A stretch of DNA of 64,000 nt from the human T2T-CHM13v2.0 reference genome, Homo sapiens. The stretch lies in the NCBI RefSeq assembly GCF_009914755.1, contig NC_060929.1, one strand, 5' to 3'. Below the pieces are notes generated by a model. It was not told the DNA's origin and made no database searches. It saw only the letters and a list, made by a program, of their open reading frames with translations. This document shows, piece after piece, positions 14,810 to 30,354 of this stretch; the first letter of the stretch is position 1; each line of letters opens with the position of its first letter. The position numbers and the translations under genes were made by a program.

Positions 14810-15060
14810 AGCTACCCCTGCTCTATTTTGGTTTCTAGTTGCATGGAATACCTTCATTTTCAGTCTATGTGTGTTCTTAAAGATGAAATGAGTCTCTTCT
14901 AGGCAGCCTATAGTTGGGTCCTTTTTTTTTTTTTTTTTAAATCCTTTCATCTACTCTATGTCTTTTGATTGGAGAATTGAATCCACTTAACTTCAAAGAA
15001 TTATGGATAGCTGAGGAATTACTACTGCCATTTTATTATTTGTTTTCTCCTTGTTTTGTA
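14810..15060 (-). mobile_element. L1M fragment (ORF2 5' region)
   Basis: GCATGGAATA...CAGTCTATGTGTG...GAGTCTCTTCTAGGCAGCCTATAGTTGGGTC...CTTTTGATTGGAGAATT. Confidence 0.7.
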
Positions 15061-15407
15061 GATTCTCTGTTTTTTCTCTCTCTCTTTTTATTTTCTCCAT
15101 GCCACCCATCAATATAAAAAATTCTGTACATATTTTACTTATTTATGCTTTTCTCTTCCAGCTGTGCTCCAAGAGGATAGAGATTTCTGTCCCACCCCAT
15201 TTTTTTACTGCTATATGTAGGGAGCAGAACAAAGCCTAGAACATAGTAGATAAACAATAAGCGTTCTTTGAGTAAATGAATGAAATATATATATAGATAT
15301 TAGCATGTAAAGAAAAATTCTAGAGTGATATATACCTAAATATTAACATTTAGGTTAATGATAGCTGGTAATGGCTGTTGATAAGCTATTTAAAAATAAA
15401 ATAACTT

Positions 15408-15807
<400 letters not shown>

Positions 15808-17479
15808 TTATTTTAATTGACATGCTCATATATATATTTGCTTTCTATTCACGTATATTTTCACCCAACAAAATTGGGATAATTCTGTGTATTATTGTAA
15901 TTTTTAAAGAGATTTCAATATCACCTAAACAATGAGAATATGTTTGCTTTAATGGCCCTATAAAACCAATCCCTGAAATATTAAAATAGTATATTTGAAA
16001 AAAATATATCCCCCGTGTGACAACCTTTTTTGGTGAGGCTGCTACTGCTTGGCTGTCATAAATTGAGTCAAATTTGTCTGAATTTTAATTGCTCCTGAAT
16101 ATATTATTGTCCTAGAAATAAGGTAGAACCATTAATACAAAAGAATGTATGTTCTATGGAAAACTATTTACTTTATTGCTATTTCCAAAAATAATCAGAA
16201 ATGCATATAAAACTTCAAATTAGAAAATTGCGAAGGCTGCCTTATGGTTGATGTGGCAGAATTTGGGGAGGGGAAGAAAAGCAGGAGGAAGACACTTTAG
16301 TTTTCAGAGGCACTGGTTACATTTTTCACTGGCTCTGTTTTATCTGCATAACTTGGGTCTTCTGATTCTCTTTCTTTTTTGTGCGGATAATTGCTTTGTT
16401 GTTAGCGCTTTGACACTGAGTGACAGTGCTTTTGGGTGGTTGACAGCCAAATCTATTGGCAGACGATAGTCATACATGGAGATTTGCTTTCTTTCTGCCT
16501 AGTGACAGTAAGAGCGTCTGAGTTGACAGAGGAGGTCTCATACCTCTCAGGAGAGAGACAAAAGCAAAAGTGGGGGAGTGAGATTTCTGCCAGAATGAAA
16601 ACATCTATTTAATTCTGCTATGGAGAGAAATACAACTGGCAGTGCCTGTAATGACTACAAGTTAAAACAAATCATTTTATTTATGTGTGTTGCCTACAGA
16701 AAATTTTATCACTTCGTAAGCTATCAAGGTCTCCATATCATGCCTTTGGAAACACTGTAAACCAAAAACAAATTCATCTTCTTGCAGTGGAGTTTATTAA
16801 AAGAAGACAATTAAGAAGAGAAGAGCACAGAGAGGACATAAATATAATTCTGATATAATTCATATCACTGAATTAAACTTGTGTGAATAAAAATATTCCT
16901 AACAATGGTTAGCAGAATTATGTTTCCTAATTGTGAAAAAGAAATTCTGCAAGGTTATTTAGAGGTGTAAGCCAGGGGATTTGATTCGTCATTGATAATT
17001 CACATTTGAAAGTTGTACAATTTAAGATAAAAGGTATCATTTTAGCTTCATTGAGAAAGGTGTTCCCCATTTAAATGCTAAATTGCCATATGGGCAACAT
17101 AACTCATTGTGAAGCCAAGAGAAAAGAAGACATGGGGAAAACCATTATCCATCTGTAGAGATGGGGCTCCTTGAGGAGAGTGGTTGAATCTTGTTCATCT
17201 TGCAGTCTTAGTGCCTAGCAGAGGGAGTGGCAAAGGATTAAAACTCAGTAACTTGTTTATTGACTCGAGGCTGAGTCTTCAACTATCAGATGAATCAAGT
17301 TTAAGATATTAGATGACTCAAGTTTAAGATAGAGCATCTATGTTTTAGAAGCCTGAACTGGATCTAACTAGACAAGTTATAGCATGACAGATTCCAGCTC
17401 CAAAACTAGAAGACCTCTAGGAATAGAGGCTTCAGGCTGCCTCACAAGATAACGACTGGGGATTTCAAATATATCTTAG

Positions 17480-18095
<616 letters not shown>

Positions 18096-20029
18096 TGAAC
18101 CATTCATTTGACTATTTAGAGGTTAGCAATGGCTTGCCAAGGTTTTTGCAGAAGAGACTTTCTGTGGGAAGCAAACTGAGAAAAACAAAAAAAGAAAAAA
18201 GTCTTTCTAAAGTCTCTTCCAACTCAATAGGACAAGATTGAGTACGATCTCAACTTTTAGATTTCATCTTTCCTTGGCCCTCATGTCTCCTTAGTGAGAC
18301 AAAATTCATGAATAATTGAGATGAAATGAATAGATAAATTGGTTTCTTCAGCTGAATGGTATCACCTACTGAGAAAACTCAACTGAGAAGGATGAATGAT
18401 AATATTGGCTATTTTAGTGGTCAATATGTGATCCATATTCAGTTCTTCAGTTCCTTTTAAATTGCTTTCTACTTATTGTTACTCCAACTAGCTATATCAC
18501 AGCTACTTATCAATTTTTCATTGACATTTGTCTCATCAGTGGATTGCTGGAGGTTTTTAAGCCTTCCTATTGAAATGTTGCCAGAAAACAGAATGTAGAT
18601 CATACTAATGTATTTTTAAAATTCAATTAGTGTTGAGTCCATAGTTAGGGTCCTTCCATCTGCTGGTGACCCCAAGTGCTTCCCAGATGGCCCCATGCCC
18701 ACCAGAACACTGAAAAGAACAGGACAAGAAAAGACACTAAAATATTTTCCAAAAGCAGGACTTCCAGAAGAAACAGCACATGTTCATTTTTTTATTTCCT
18801 TCTAAGGTTTTCCTGGTAATACATTTTCAGCATTCTAAGTTTTTCCTAGAAGGGGTCCTGTAGTATAGTGTTGTTCTCATTCTTTATTTTTTTATCTATT
18901 TATTTCTTTTACAAACATCTATCCTTATCGTGACTAAGGCACCATCCTGCATGTGTAGGTCTTAGAAATGAGTAAGAAATATGTATCTGGTGCCTGAGGT
19001 TGAGGGATGGAAAATGAGTAAAGAATGACCGAAGTATAGTAACATATAGCAAAGGATAAAACTAGCATATAGCAAAGTAAATGTAATAAATACAGGAAAG
19101 GAATTATTACAAGAGATGTTAGACAAAGGAGGGTAATGTAAAATCTCACAGCTGGTGACTAGAATGAAACAAGATTTTTTAAAGCAATAGCATTTAGACT
19201 GAACTTTTTAGGAAGAACTGAACTTTCAACAGGTAAGAATAAAAAGGTTAATACACAAGCAAAGACATAGAGTTTTAGGGGGTCAAAGCAAATAATATAG
19301 TTTCCATATAAGATAGATCGTATGTGAAGGTGTGAAGCCAGAAAGTATTCTAGTTATGGCTATTTTGGTTGTAAGGATCAGCAACACCTTGAAACTGGTT
19401 GGAGTAATCCTTTTTCTATATAACGATAGAATTAGCAATCTCATGGACATCAAAAACAGGAAATGAAATACAGCTGAGCTCATGGGTCCAGAACGGCAAA
19501 GTCAGGTGCAATGGAGGCTGCCCATGCTGTTTCATAACAGATAGGCATGGAACACAAAGGAGAGCTAGGACTCAAAGATAACACAAAGCTTTTGAGATGG
19601 GTGAAGGAATTCAATATCCTGGCAGAGAGAGCACTCAATAAAATTACCTACTCTTAAATGACTGGCTGACAGACTGAAAGATTTCTTTCAAAAGGAAGGA
19701 CATCATGCAGCCTTTGACATCAGATTTTGATATTCTGATCCCAAGTTTTAGGAGACAACTTTCTAGCCACTTGGTAAAGATTTTAATAGGAAAGGCTGAG
19801 CTACATGTCTTGATGAATGTAAGTTTTGGTATTATAACAGGTAATGTTTGCATGTGAGTTTACTAATAACTTTAATGTACTTTGGCATATGCAATGTATT
19901 CGATTTTCATGACACTGAGAATGAGCAGTAGTTTTGCAGATGAGGAAACTGATGCACTATTACTTATTCAAACTTTAAAAATTTGCTTCTAGCAGGGAGA
20001 AGATATAGCCTAAAGAACTTGTACTACAG

Positions 20030-20422
<393 letters not shown>

Positions 20423-22289
20423 TCATAATGCTCGTTTACTTCAATCCCCTCCTACTTAGTAACTCACAGTTCAGCTAATTTTGTTTGAATTATAAAACAC
20501 ATAATCAAATTGCCCCATAGGCTATAATTATATGATTATTATATTATTATATATATATTAGTATATTTTACTATTATTATTTCACTAAAGCAATTGATTT
20601 ATTAAACCAATTAATTAGGGGTGAACTTAGAATACGGAAAGCACCTATTTAATGAATATTTGCTGAATTGATTTTTATGACAGCAACTTACTTAAAACTC
20701 TGTTTTAATTCTCCAGTGCTGGATCTGATTTTATATTTTCTATTCTCTCCCAAAAATGTAAGGCATTGTTACTACCTCCACTTCCAGTTTTCCTCTCACC
20801 TCATTTTTATTATTCTTCAAGTCTTATAACCTATGTAGTTACTGTCTAAATATAAGTGAGCAAACTTAATCTTTGCATGTTTAGAAAGCAGCCTCAATAA
20901 AGATTTTTCTCAGTGCCTGAAAATACAGTAGCCAGAGGTTGAAAAATATTATCTTTAGGTGGATAAATGTGAAAGTTACAACTTTGCTCTAATTTCCTCA
21001 ATTTTGCAGTACCTAGTGCATTGTTGGGTTTATATAAATATTAAATTCTAATCATATTGACAATTCTTACCTAAAAGAATCCTTTCCAGATAGGTTATGT
21101 AAAGAGTGATTCATTTGGGCAAATGAAATAAATTTAGATGTAAATATTACAGACTCGTCAAACTGCTTGCTAGATATTCATGTTCTGCTGAATGAGTCCT
21201 CCGAATCATGTATGTGTGTGTGTGTAGAATATATATACCCTTCCACATGTGTGTGCCTGAGCACACAGGCGAATGAAAATATATCTGTTGACAGGAATAC
21301 ACTATATATGGAACATATATATTGATAGATTTCAAAACCGTGATTTTGATTAACAAACACATTTCACACATATTGATATATTTCAGAACCATACAAAAGT
21401 GCATGTCTACATATACATGCATATGTATGTATATATACCTGCACGCATGTATGTTTGGAATGTTTCACCATCCACTTACTTATTTTACTTCTCATCTGCT
21501 GCATTTTACTGTTTTATATATATGACTTCACAATTTCAAGTTCTTTCTTTCATCGGGCCTCCTCTGGAAATTCCCCTTGCATGCCTTCTGACTTCCCTTT
21601 TAATTGCTTCTCTGCAACAATCATGAGAAGAACCTGTGGAGATTTTTGAGCGATTTATTGGTAAGAATCAGATTGCAGGAAACTCTTGTATAATGTTCAG
21701 TCCTTACAAAGCAATGATGTTATTTAAGAGCACTGAATCTCTTCATACCCATCACTTTGACATATGCCAGATTTCACTTGGTTGCAGCCTCCTAAAAAGG
21801 ACTGCTAGAAGCAATGTCAGTGCTGGTATGGGCATATTTGTAAGTGACAGGACAATTCCTGTGCAAAGTCTCTAGGTTCTAAATGAAATTATTTTGAAGA
21901 CTTTAGCAAATACCAGACTACCTGCAGCATGAAGCCCTGTTTTTATAAAACTTTTATAATTCCCAAGCACTTTTAAATAGGATCTGGGCAGAATGGGAGG
22001 CAAATGAGGTTAAGTGGAAGGCCGTACCTTTACTGCCTATACTTTGTATCGATTCTGATTTTACAAAGGTATTTTTCTTTTTAAGATGTTTTAGAGAGGC
22101 AAATAATTCTATAAGATGCATTTTTAAAAAAAGAAACATCAACAAAGGATTATGACCAGAAAATCCACTAAAGAGAAAGACAAACAGCATATTAATTTAG
22201 GGAGCAATTCTGAGCTTTACTAATAACCAGGGACATGCAAAACATCCACAAAATGAATAAAATAAATGAGAGGTAAAATAGATAGGCAG

Positions 22290-23012
22290 ACATTTTAAAG
22301 TTTAACAATATCAAGGATTGGCGATGACTACTAACTCTCCAATTCTGCTTGTGAGAAGGTGAATTGAAATAATAGTTTTGGAGAGGAATTTTGCATTATC
22401 AGTAAAATTGAAAATGTACACAACCAGCAATTCCACCTTTATGTTTATACTGTAAAGTAACATTTATACAAGCTCACAAGGGGAAGATGTACAGGGATAT
22501 TTATGGCAACATGGTTTGAAAGAACAAAAAAAGAAAAATAACTCAATGTCTATCATTTACCTAATGGATAAGCTAAAAACCGTATGTTCGTGTGTATGTA
22601 AATGGGAACATATGGCAGTTAATAGAAATAGAATATACAAGAAAAAACACACGTTGATAGATTTAAAAACCATGATATTGAGTTACAAAGCAAACCATAG
22701 AATAATGTATACACTAGAATGCTATTTATGTAAAATTTTAGAAAATATCCTCATAAAATATATCAATTATGTATAAAAAAGTAGGTTATAAAAATGAATT
22801 CAGCATAATTTATGATGATTGCCTCTGTGAGGAGGACAAGGATGACTTTGTCTCAATAATACTCTCAATAATACTTTATTAGTAACAAAGGTGAAGCAAA
22901 TATAAAAGATGTTAGCAATAGTTCTGGTTAAGTACAAGTATTTTTATTACATTATTTTTTCCATCCCTTATTAGTTGTAAAATTTTCTCAATACAAAAAA
23001 ACTCAATAAATA
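22290..23012 (+). mobile_element. Old L1ME-type 3' fragment
   Basis: ACAATATCAAGGATTGG...AAAATTGAAAATG...CCAGCAATTCCAC; highly degenerate. Confidence 0.55.
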
Positions 23013-23029
23013 TTCTTACTAGTTTCAAT

Positions 23030-23622
23030 TGTCGACCAAAAGAGTCAAACTCTGTAAAATATTTGAAGAGATTTATTCTGGGCCAAATATGTGTAACCAC
23101 AGCCTGTGACACAGCCCTCAGGACTTCCTAAGAACATGTACCCAAGATGTTCAGGGTGCAGCTTGGTTTTATACATTTAAGGGAAACATGAGTCTTCAAT
23201 CAAACACATTTAAGAAATACACTGGTTTGGTCCAGAAAGGTGGGACAACTTGAAGTGGGGCTTCCAGCTTATAGGTGCATTTAAAATTTTTCAGGTTGGC
23301 AATTGCTTGGGTTTACCTGAAGACCTGGGATTAACAGAAAGAAATGCCTGGGTTAAGATAGTTATGGAGACCCAAGTTATTATTTGCAGAGGAAGCTTTT
23401 AGGTACTAGGCTTTAGAGAGAATAGGTTGTAAAATGTCTCTGATCAGACTTAAAATCTGTGTTGATGTTAATGCCACAGAGGTATAATGAGACATGTCTG
23501 ACTCCACTTCCTGGTATGGCCTGAAACAGTCTCTCAGGTTAAATGATAAAAGAGCCCTGGCTGAGGAGGAAGTCCATTCAGATGGCTGGGGGAGGCCTTC
23601 CAAATTGTTTTTGGTTTATACA
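23030..23622 (-). mobile_element. ERV1 solo LTR, MER4A-type
   Basis: TG...AAGAGTCAAACTCTGTAAAATATTTGAAGAGATTTATTCTG...CAGCTTGGTTTTATACATTT...CAGATGGCTGGGG...TTTTGGTTTA; about 590 bp. Confidence 0.85.
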
Positions 23623-24782
23623 TTGTACTCTACTAACTGATAACTTGGGAGAATATTTTCTCTCTAGCAATGACTTGTTATGACTATATATTTTAATGCC
23701 GTTTCAGGAAACAAAGAAGTGTGTTTTCTATGAGGTTATGTTTATTCAGTATGATTTTAAATAAGACATTTAATTCTTCTGTTATTATGAGACTCTGAAG
23801 ATTCTTTGATTTGAATTGTCTAACATAATTTACCTACACAAGATTATGGTTTAATTTTAATTGCATTTAAGACACAAGTTTTCCTAAAGCAACACTCAGT
23901 ATGCACCATCAATTATCTTAAAGAAAGAAATGCAGAAAATATATTAATTACGGGTCATGACCCAGCACATTATGAATTTCCAATCAGAAGTAAATCATTG
24001 CCACTAATTAGCTTTCTTGTTTGCCAGACTGGGTTAAAGTCTTTATAACATAAGTCATTTCATAAATCATTTTCTCAACATGCAAATCTGAAAGGAATGA
24101 GAACCGAAGATATGCTAAGAGCTTAGTAATGTTTGGAGACAGAATTTTGTTGGACAGTCTCCACTGATTTCAGAAATATCTGATCAGTTCAATATGGAAT
24201 ATTTGGAGTTACTGACACCTTATTTTCTTTACTAGTACAGATTGTTTAGATGTTATTTCTTATTTGTCCTTCCTATCCACTAAGTCTTGGATAGATGTAG
24301 TCTTTTTTGGTGTTAAGTGAAAAGGGTGTGGTGTTTTGAATGTATTTCAGCTTCATAAACTTATAGCAAAATTGTGATGTTAGTGGGGTTGGGTTTACCT
24401 CAAATCTCCACCGGCTTAAACTAGCAATACCAAATTCTCAGTGCTTTTAACTGACATGAACAGTAGAAAATGATCTGATCTCCTTGTTCTCCTTTTTTTT
24501 CCAACTCTCGTGTTTTTCTACATCAAGAACACAGATGTTCTTGTTCTTCTGCCATTTTTCTAATCTTTTCAAAATTTTGTCTACCCCTGCTTTCAAAATT
24601 TACCTTTCCCTATTTCCATTTTCATCAACTCCTACTCTCCGATGTTTCAGCTAGATAATCTAACAACAAATTAGTACCAATGAGCTAACAAATATTAATG
24701 AATTATATGTGGGAAGTACACTGACAGAGTAACACATTTGGGGGTGTGCATGATTTTCTTTCTGGAAGTAATCTTTTAACCT

Positions 24783-24900
24783 ACTTCCCACTAGACTATA
24801 AACAACATGAGAGCAGGGTATTTTTGTCTCTGGTTTACTGATATGTCCCTAGGACTTGAACAGTGCATCGTGCTAACAGATGCTCTTAAAAAATAAATGG
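24783..24900 (+). mobile_element. L2 3' end
   Basis: CCCACTAGACTATAAAC...GAGAGCAGGG...TTTACTGATATGTCCC...AACAGTGC. Confidence 0.7.
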
Positions 24901-25619
24901 AGAGCAACAACAATAACAGTGAAATATTTTCAAAAAGGGAGAAAAGGGTAAGACAGATATGTGGACAAGCCTGTTTTTCACTGCTTCTTACTTTTGGGTA
25001 CAAGTACTGCCCCTAAGGCAGGGTGTACAGAGTTGATTTCATCAGCATTTTGATGGCACCCATAGCATTTAGAAATCAAATCAGCATACTATGCACTCAG
25101 GAGAAAAGAAAATGCTATTTTGCTGATTAGCCATTTTCCCTGAGAAATCAAACTTTTAAGGGAGCTTTGTCTCCTTGTTTGATTTCTAAGATAAAGGCCA
25201 TTTCAACACTAGCATGAAATGAGGCATATTTTAGCAGTTATAAAAACTCCAGAAAACTAAAACCAGGTCAGTCTCTTGGCAAAAATATAGCAAGATTTTA
25301 CAGTTAGTCCCACCCATCTTATTAGACCTCACTCCCCGAGCCTGTAGCCAAATACTAAAAAAAAAACCACTTCATAGTCCCTAATGTTCTCATGGCCCTT
25401 CAGATGATCAATATCTTCATGATTTTCCCCCCAAAACCAACCACAAGTGTGTAACAGCAGTTTAAAAGGGTATAGCATTAGGAACAGGATTTTCCCATAT
25501 CTTAAGAAGAGAGTTGAATCATCGTGTCCGGGTTCTGCTCCCCATTTCATTAATACCTGTTTTTCTAAGAACACAAGAAACCCTTCTGAATCTTCCAGTA
25601 TAGTTGAAAACAGCCTCCT

Positions 25620-26045
25620 CTGTGGCACCACCTTTGGCTTCTTTTTTCTTGTCACTGTTCCTGTCTCTTCCTCCTTATCTGACCTTTAAATATTGTACTC
25701 AGGATGCTTGGCTTCATATTCTTCTGATTCCCTCTCCAGGTGTTCTTATTCTGTCCCATGACACTAAATAAAAATTCATGTGTGTAAAATTCTCATATTT
25801 TTATCTCCAGCCCCGCTTTGTGTTCTGAGCCATGGAACTTTATGTTTGTCCTCTTGGATACTCTTCTAAGAAGTCCACTCAAAAATTACAGATATTAACA
25901 TGTTCAAAACTGAGCTCAATCTCTTCTCCCCCATAAACACACTCTTCCTCCTCTAATTCTTATCACAGAAAACTGGAAGCCATCCTGAATGTCTGCCTTT
26001 CCTGTAAATGCAGTATCTAGCATACAAATTGCACTCAATAAATGT
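25620..26045 (+). mobile_element. L2 fragment
   Basis: TTTATCTCCAGCCC...AACATGTTCAAAACTGAGCTC...CACTCAATAAATGT. Confidence 0.55.
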
Positions 26046-26229
26046 GTGTGTGGAGACGGTAGGAGGAGGAAGAGCTAGAGTAGTCATGTGAGCAGCCATG
26101 AAATCACATTATGTAGGCAATCTGCAGTTCCACCAACATGTATTTCATTGTGTATTCTTCCTAGACATTTAATTTAGTAAGATACGCAAACTCATCTTTT
26201 GCTTTACATTAATAATATTAACTTATGTC

Positions 26230-26610
26230 ACTGGAGTACTATTTTAAATCATTTTCTTTTATCCCGAATAACCTTGAGGGATAGGCATTGTTTTTCTTAT
26301 TCTCTAGATGATGAAGATGAGGCTTAGAGAGTTTTCATGACTCTCTGAAAAAGATGCCCAGCTGGTAATTGGTAGAGCTGGGAGAGAAATTGAGATTTTT
26401 TTTTTTTTTCATTTTTAAATGTATGATTCCAGGCCATTGTAGGATTATATATATTTTTATTATATAAAATGAGGTCAATGGGAGATTAGCCTCAGTTTCT
26501 GCACCCATAGAATAAGGATAATAATATCTACCTCAATGTGATAATTAAATGAGATAATGCATGTAAAGCACTTAGTACAGTGATGGGGCCATGGTAAGCC
26601 CTTATGATGG
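26230..26610. mobile_element. Two MIR fragments in opposite orientation
   Basis: TAGATGATGAAGATGAGGCTTAGAGAG (minus) and GCCTCAGTTTC...TAAATGAGATAATGCATGTAAAGCACTTAG (plus). Confidence 0.65.
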
Positions 26611-28215
26611 ACTGCAATTTATTAATGTGAGATTTTAAATCTCTTCTTCTATGAAATGCGAAGCAATTAAAGGATTTTGAGCAAGATAGTGATACAATGA
26701 AAGCCACTATGGGGAAGATTAATCTGTCACTTGTGGGAAGTTTATATTAAAGTAGAGAGAAACTGGAGACAAAGCAAATGGTTTGAGGACTATCATGATA
26801 GCTCAAGCACAAAGTGTCACTTGCCTAAACTTAAGTGGTGGCTGTGGGAGACCCCATCACCAAGTTGGGGTACACCTGCAGGAGTGCAGCCTAGGAGAAC
26901 TGGCAAGGTTCAGAACCTATGAGCTAGAAGTCAAACTAGAAGTCAAGGAAAGAAGGAAAGCCGTGGTTGTAAAGTTTGCCATCTCCAGATGAAATGTCCA
27001 CAGAAGCATTTGTGCAGTGCTATTATTTTCTGACTATACTGTTGCTATTTGAAAATTCTGCATTTCTGGGCTCCCTTTCAAATTAGAAGCTGTAGCAGCT
27101 CAAAATTCACGTTCACATATGCTAATAATCTTCCTTAGCTGCCATGATCTCCATATACCTGAAATTTCTACTGATGCCTGTTGTGTTATGCCAGGCCTGC
27201 TTCACTCATCCACGGGAAAGGACCAAAAGCCAGGCTGAACCTAAAGTAGGTCAGGTTGCAACAGCACATTTTGGCTTAAGAGAAATGTTTCAGACATGAG
27301 CCCTTAATAGTGAGAGGTTTCTTACCCCTATTTAAATAATATAGAACTGAATTTCTTGACCCATGGTGGGAGTATAGTTTAGAAGGTCCATGAGATGTCA
27401 AGACTAGCCTTGTTCAATATGAAAATAAAGTATGAAATGGAGAGATGTTAAAAAGGATTAATTATGGTGGTAGTTTGGATATTAGAATTCAAGGGCAAGA
27501 AAATTAGTAGTATTTCAGAAAATCTGAAAACTCCCTTTAAAATAGCCAAGCCTTATGCTTATTTGATTTTTTTTTTCTCATGCCTGGCAAAACTAAGAGA
27601 AGCTAAAATACAGAGTGCCATTGTTTAAAAATTAAACTTTGTGCAATGAGAACTAAACCTCAGGAATCAACAACCTGTATTTGGCATGCTATCAAGAAAG
27701 AACTGTTAATAAACGTGTCTCTCAATAAAAGTGTAGAATTTGATATTTTAAAAATTGTTAACATAGTATTTTAAATTTCTTTATTGAAATCCATCACCAA
27801 ACAATAACAAAACTCGCAGAAGCATTATGGCTGCTCAGTGAAGTAATAACTGCTAGGATTAGATTCTCTGCTTCAGCAGAATCCAGATACATGTACAAGA
27901 GTGATATATAGCAAGGCTGCAGATACTGTAGCTTGTCTTCACAGCAGACTGAACATCAGAATTGACACTAAACTTTGTGTCAAGATACACACAAAGACTT
28001 CCAGACACAGAGTGCACCTGAGGTTATAATCTGTCAAGATTAACAAAGTGAATACCTACAAAAGCAAATAGACTGTGATATAATTGTCATCTCCAAACTG
28101 GTGAAAGAAGATTTTTCTTCCCAATTAACATTCAAGTGCATGAGACTGAAATCCATTTACTCATTTTCTGATAATTTATGCAGCAATGTACAGAAGTAAT
28201 AGGCATGGTTACATG

Positions 28216-28336
28216 GCACATTTATACAATACTTTTCATCCCTGAGGATCCTAAAGCTCTTTACAATTATAGCTAATGTTTGTTAAAGTACTTTGAAAGG
28301 GGAAGGCGCCACAGACGTTCCAAATATTATGATTAT
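28216..28336. mobile_element. Two opposed amniote-SINE (AmnSINE1/MIR1_Amn-like) 3' tails
   Basis: CATTTATACAATACTTTTCATCCCTGAGGATCCTAAAGCTCTTTACA, then TAATGTTTGTTAAAGTACTTTGAA...AAGGCGC...TATTATGATTAT; match to recalled consensus tails. Confidence 0.5.
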
Positions 28337-28859
28337 GAAAAAGCTTGATACAGTATGTATAGAACACTTCGCTCTCATGAAATTGTTGCCAGTTCTAGTG
28401 CAGGAAATAGAATTCCTTTATGAGACTGATGAGCCAATGTTTATACAACTTATCCTTCAAGAAGCTTAAAGTCAACCTCTTCTCTACTGTAACCATCTCA
28501 GAAATTACATGCAATATGGTCTATAATTACTTACTTTTAGAATTGTAAGGAATGCAAATATCCTTAATAAGAAAAACTCATTTTTTTGGTCAACAAATAA
28601 GAGTCATTATTTGTTGCTGTATTATTTCACTAGCCCCAGCAACTGACCCACCTTTCCATATATGAACTTGTGAGTCAAACAACCAAGAGAATGGCACATA
28701 ATGGACTTCTCAGCCTCCTTAACAGCAGCACTGACAAATGATATAGACTGCCAATCAGACCAGGTGCCTAGATTTTCAACAAAAAGCTAATGTTATGAAA
28801 AAAAAGAAAACAGATACTACATAGAAACCCAGTCTTGCAAATATGTCTCTGGTGGCCTC

Positions 28860-29163
28860 ATCCAGTTTTCAGAGGCAGCAGTGGCAGTATTTTTAGCCAT
28901 AGAGCTAGGAACAAACACAGCTGGAAAGAAGTGTGCAGTCCGTGCTCTTTGGTAGTGACAATGGAGTTATCATAGGACCAGGTCTACGGTGTGAGTCGTG
29001 GATTTTACTTTAATTTCCTAATGTAATCCAACAAGCCTGGATCTTCAGCCCTTCTAGAGATTATGTGAGTTACTTGCTGTCTTGTAAATAAACTACTTTT
29101 CTGCTCAAATTATCAGAGTGGGTCTCTGTTGCTTACAATCCAAATCTCTAAATATTTGATACA
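28860..29163 (+). mobile_element. Old ERVL/MaLR LTR 3' part (LTR16/LTR33-like)
   Basis: AATAAAC...TTTTCTGCTCAAA...CAGAGTGGGTCTCTGTTGCTTACAA...TGATACA. Confidence 0.5.
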
Positions 29164-29187
29164 CTGATGATGCTTTAATCAGTTTAA

Positions 29188-29494
<307 letters not shown>

Positions 29495-29640
29495 TAAACC
29501 AGCAGTTCTTACTCTGGTGAACTAACTGTTGTATATGACTTTGCTCCTTCCTTTTCCTTTTCTATTAAATTTGGATATGACAAAATTGCTCAGCTTTGGT
29601 TTCTGTTTTGTTGTGATTTGATTTGGTTCTTTTTCTTTCT

Positions 29641-29643
<3 letters not shown>

Positions 29644-29717
<74 letters not shown>
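29644..29717. repeat. (TC)17(TG)20 compound microsatellite
   Basis: Read directly. Confidence 0.95.
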
Positions 29718-29719
<2 letters not shown>

Positions 29720-30354
29720 TCCATATCATTTGACCCTTCTCTGGATCTAGTAAGTTTGTTGCTAGATCCAGGAACCTCCCTACATTTTCCTGAGCAAAAT
29801 GAAAATAAAGGCACTTAATGAACACAGGTTTTCATTCTACTAGTCTATATGTTTGTGTATTTATTAAAGATTTTATATCACTTTTTAAGGACAATTCAGT
29901 AACTGGTTATATGTTGGAAAGCAGATATAGCATTTATAGGAAGAATAAAAAATAGAAAAAAATGCTCTAATATAATATGAGTGGCTACTTAGACCTAAGG
30001 ATAAAATTGTCATGGACAGATTCACACTAGTTTCAAAAAGTCTTATATCCCCTTCGACTTAAATGAAAGTCAAAATGATGTGTGCTGAAAAGCTAGGCAG
30101 GAAGACTCAAAAGTAACTCTGGTGATTATGAACACACTAATGACAGTGACACATGAAATGAGCTCTCTCAAAACTGTTTCATGAAATGCTAGAGTAGATA
30201 CATCATTATTTCTAAATGAGTATATGATCTTTTAGTTACACGAATGTACTTAATACACTAAATATTTGAGTAGACTAAAATGGAATAGTATGCTGCAGAA
30301 GTTTAAATGGACATGTCCTTTTACTCAGTAATTCTACTGAAGTTTTTTTAGGAC

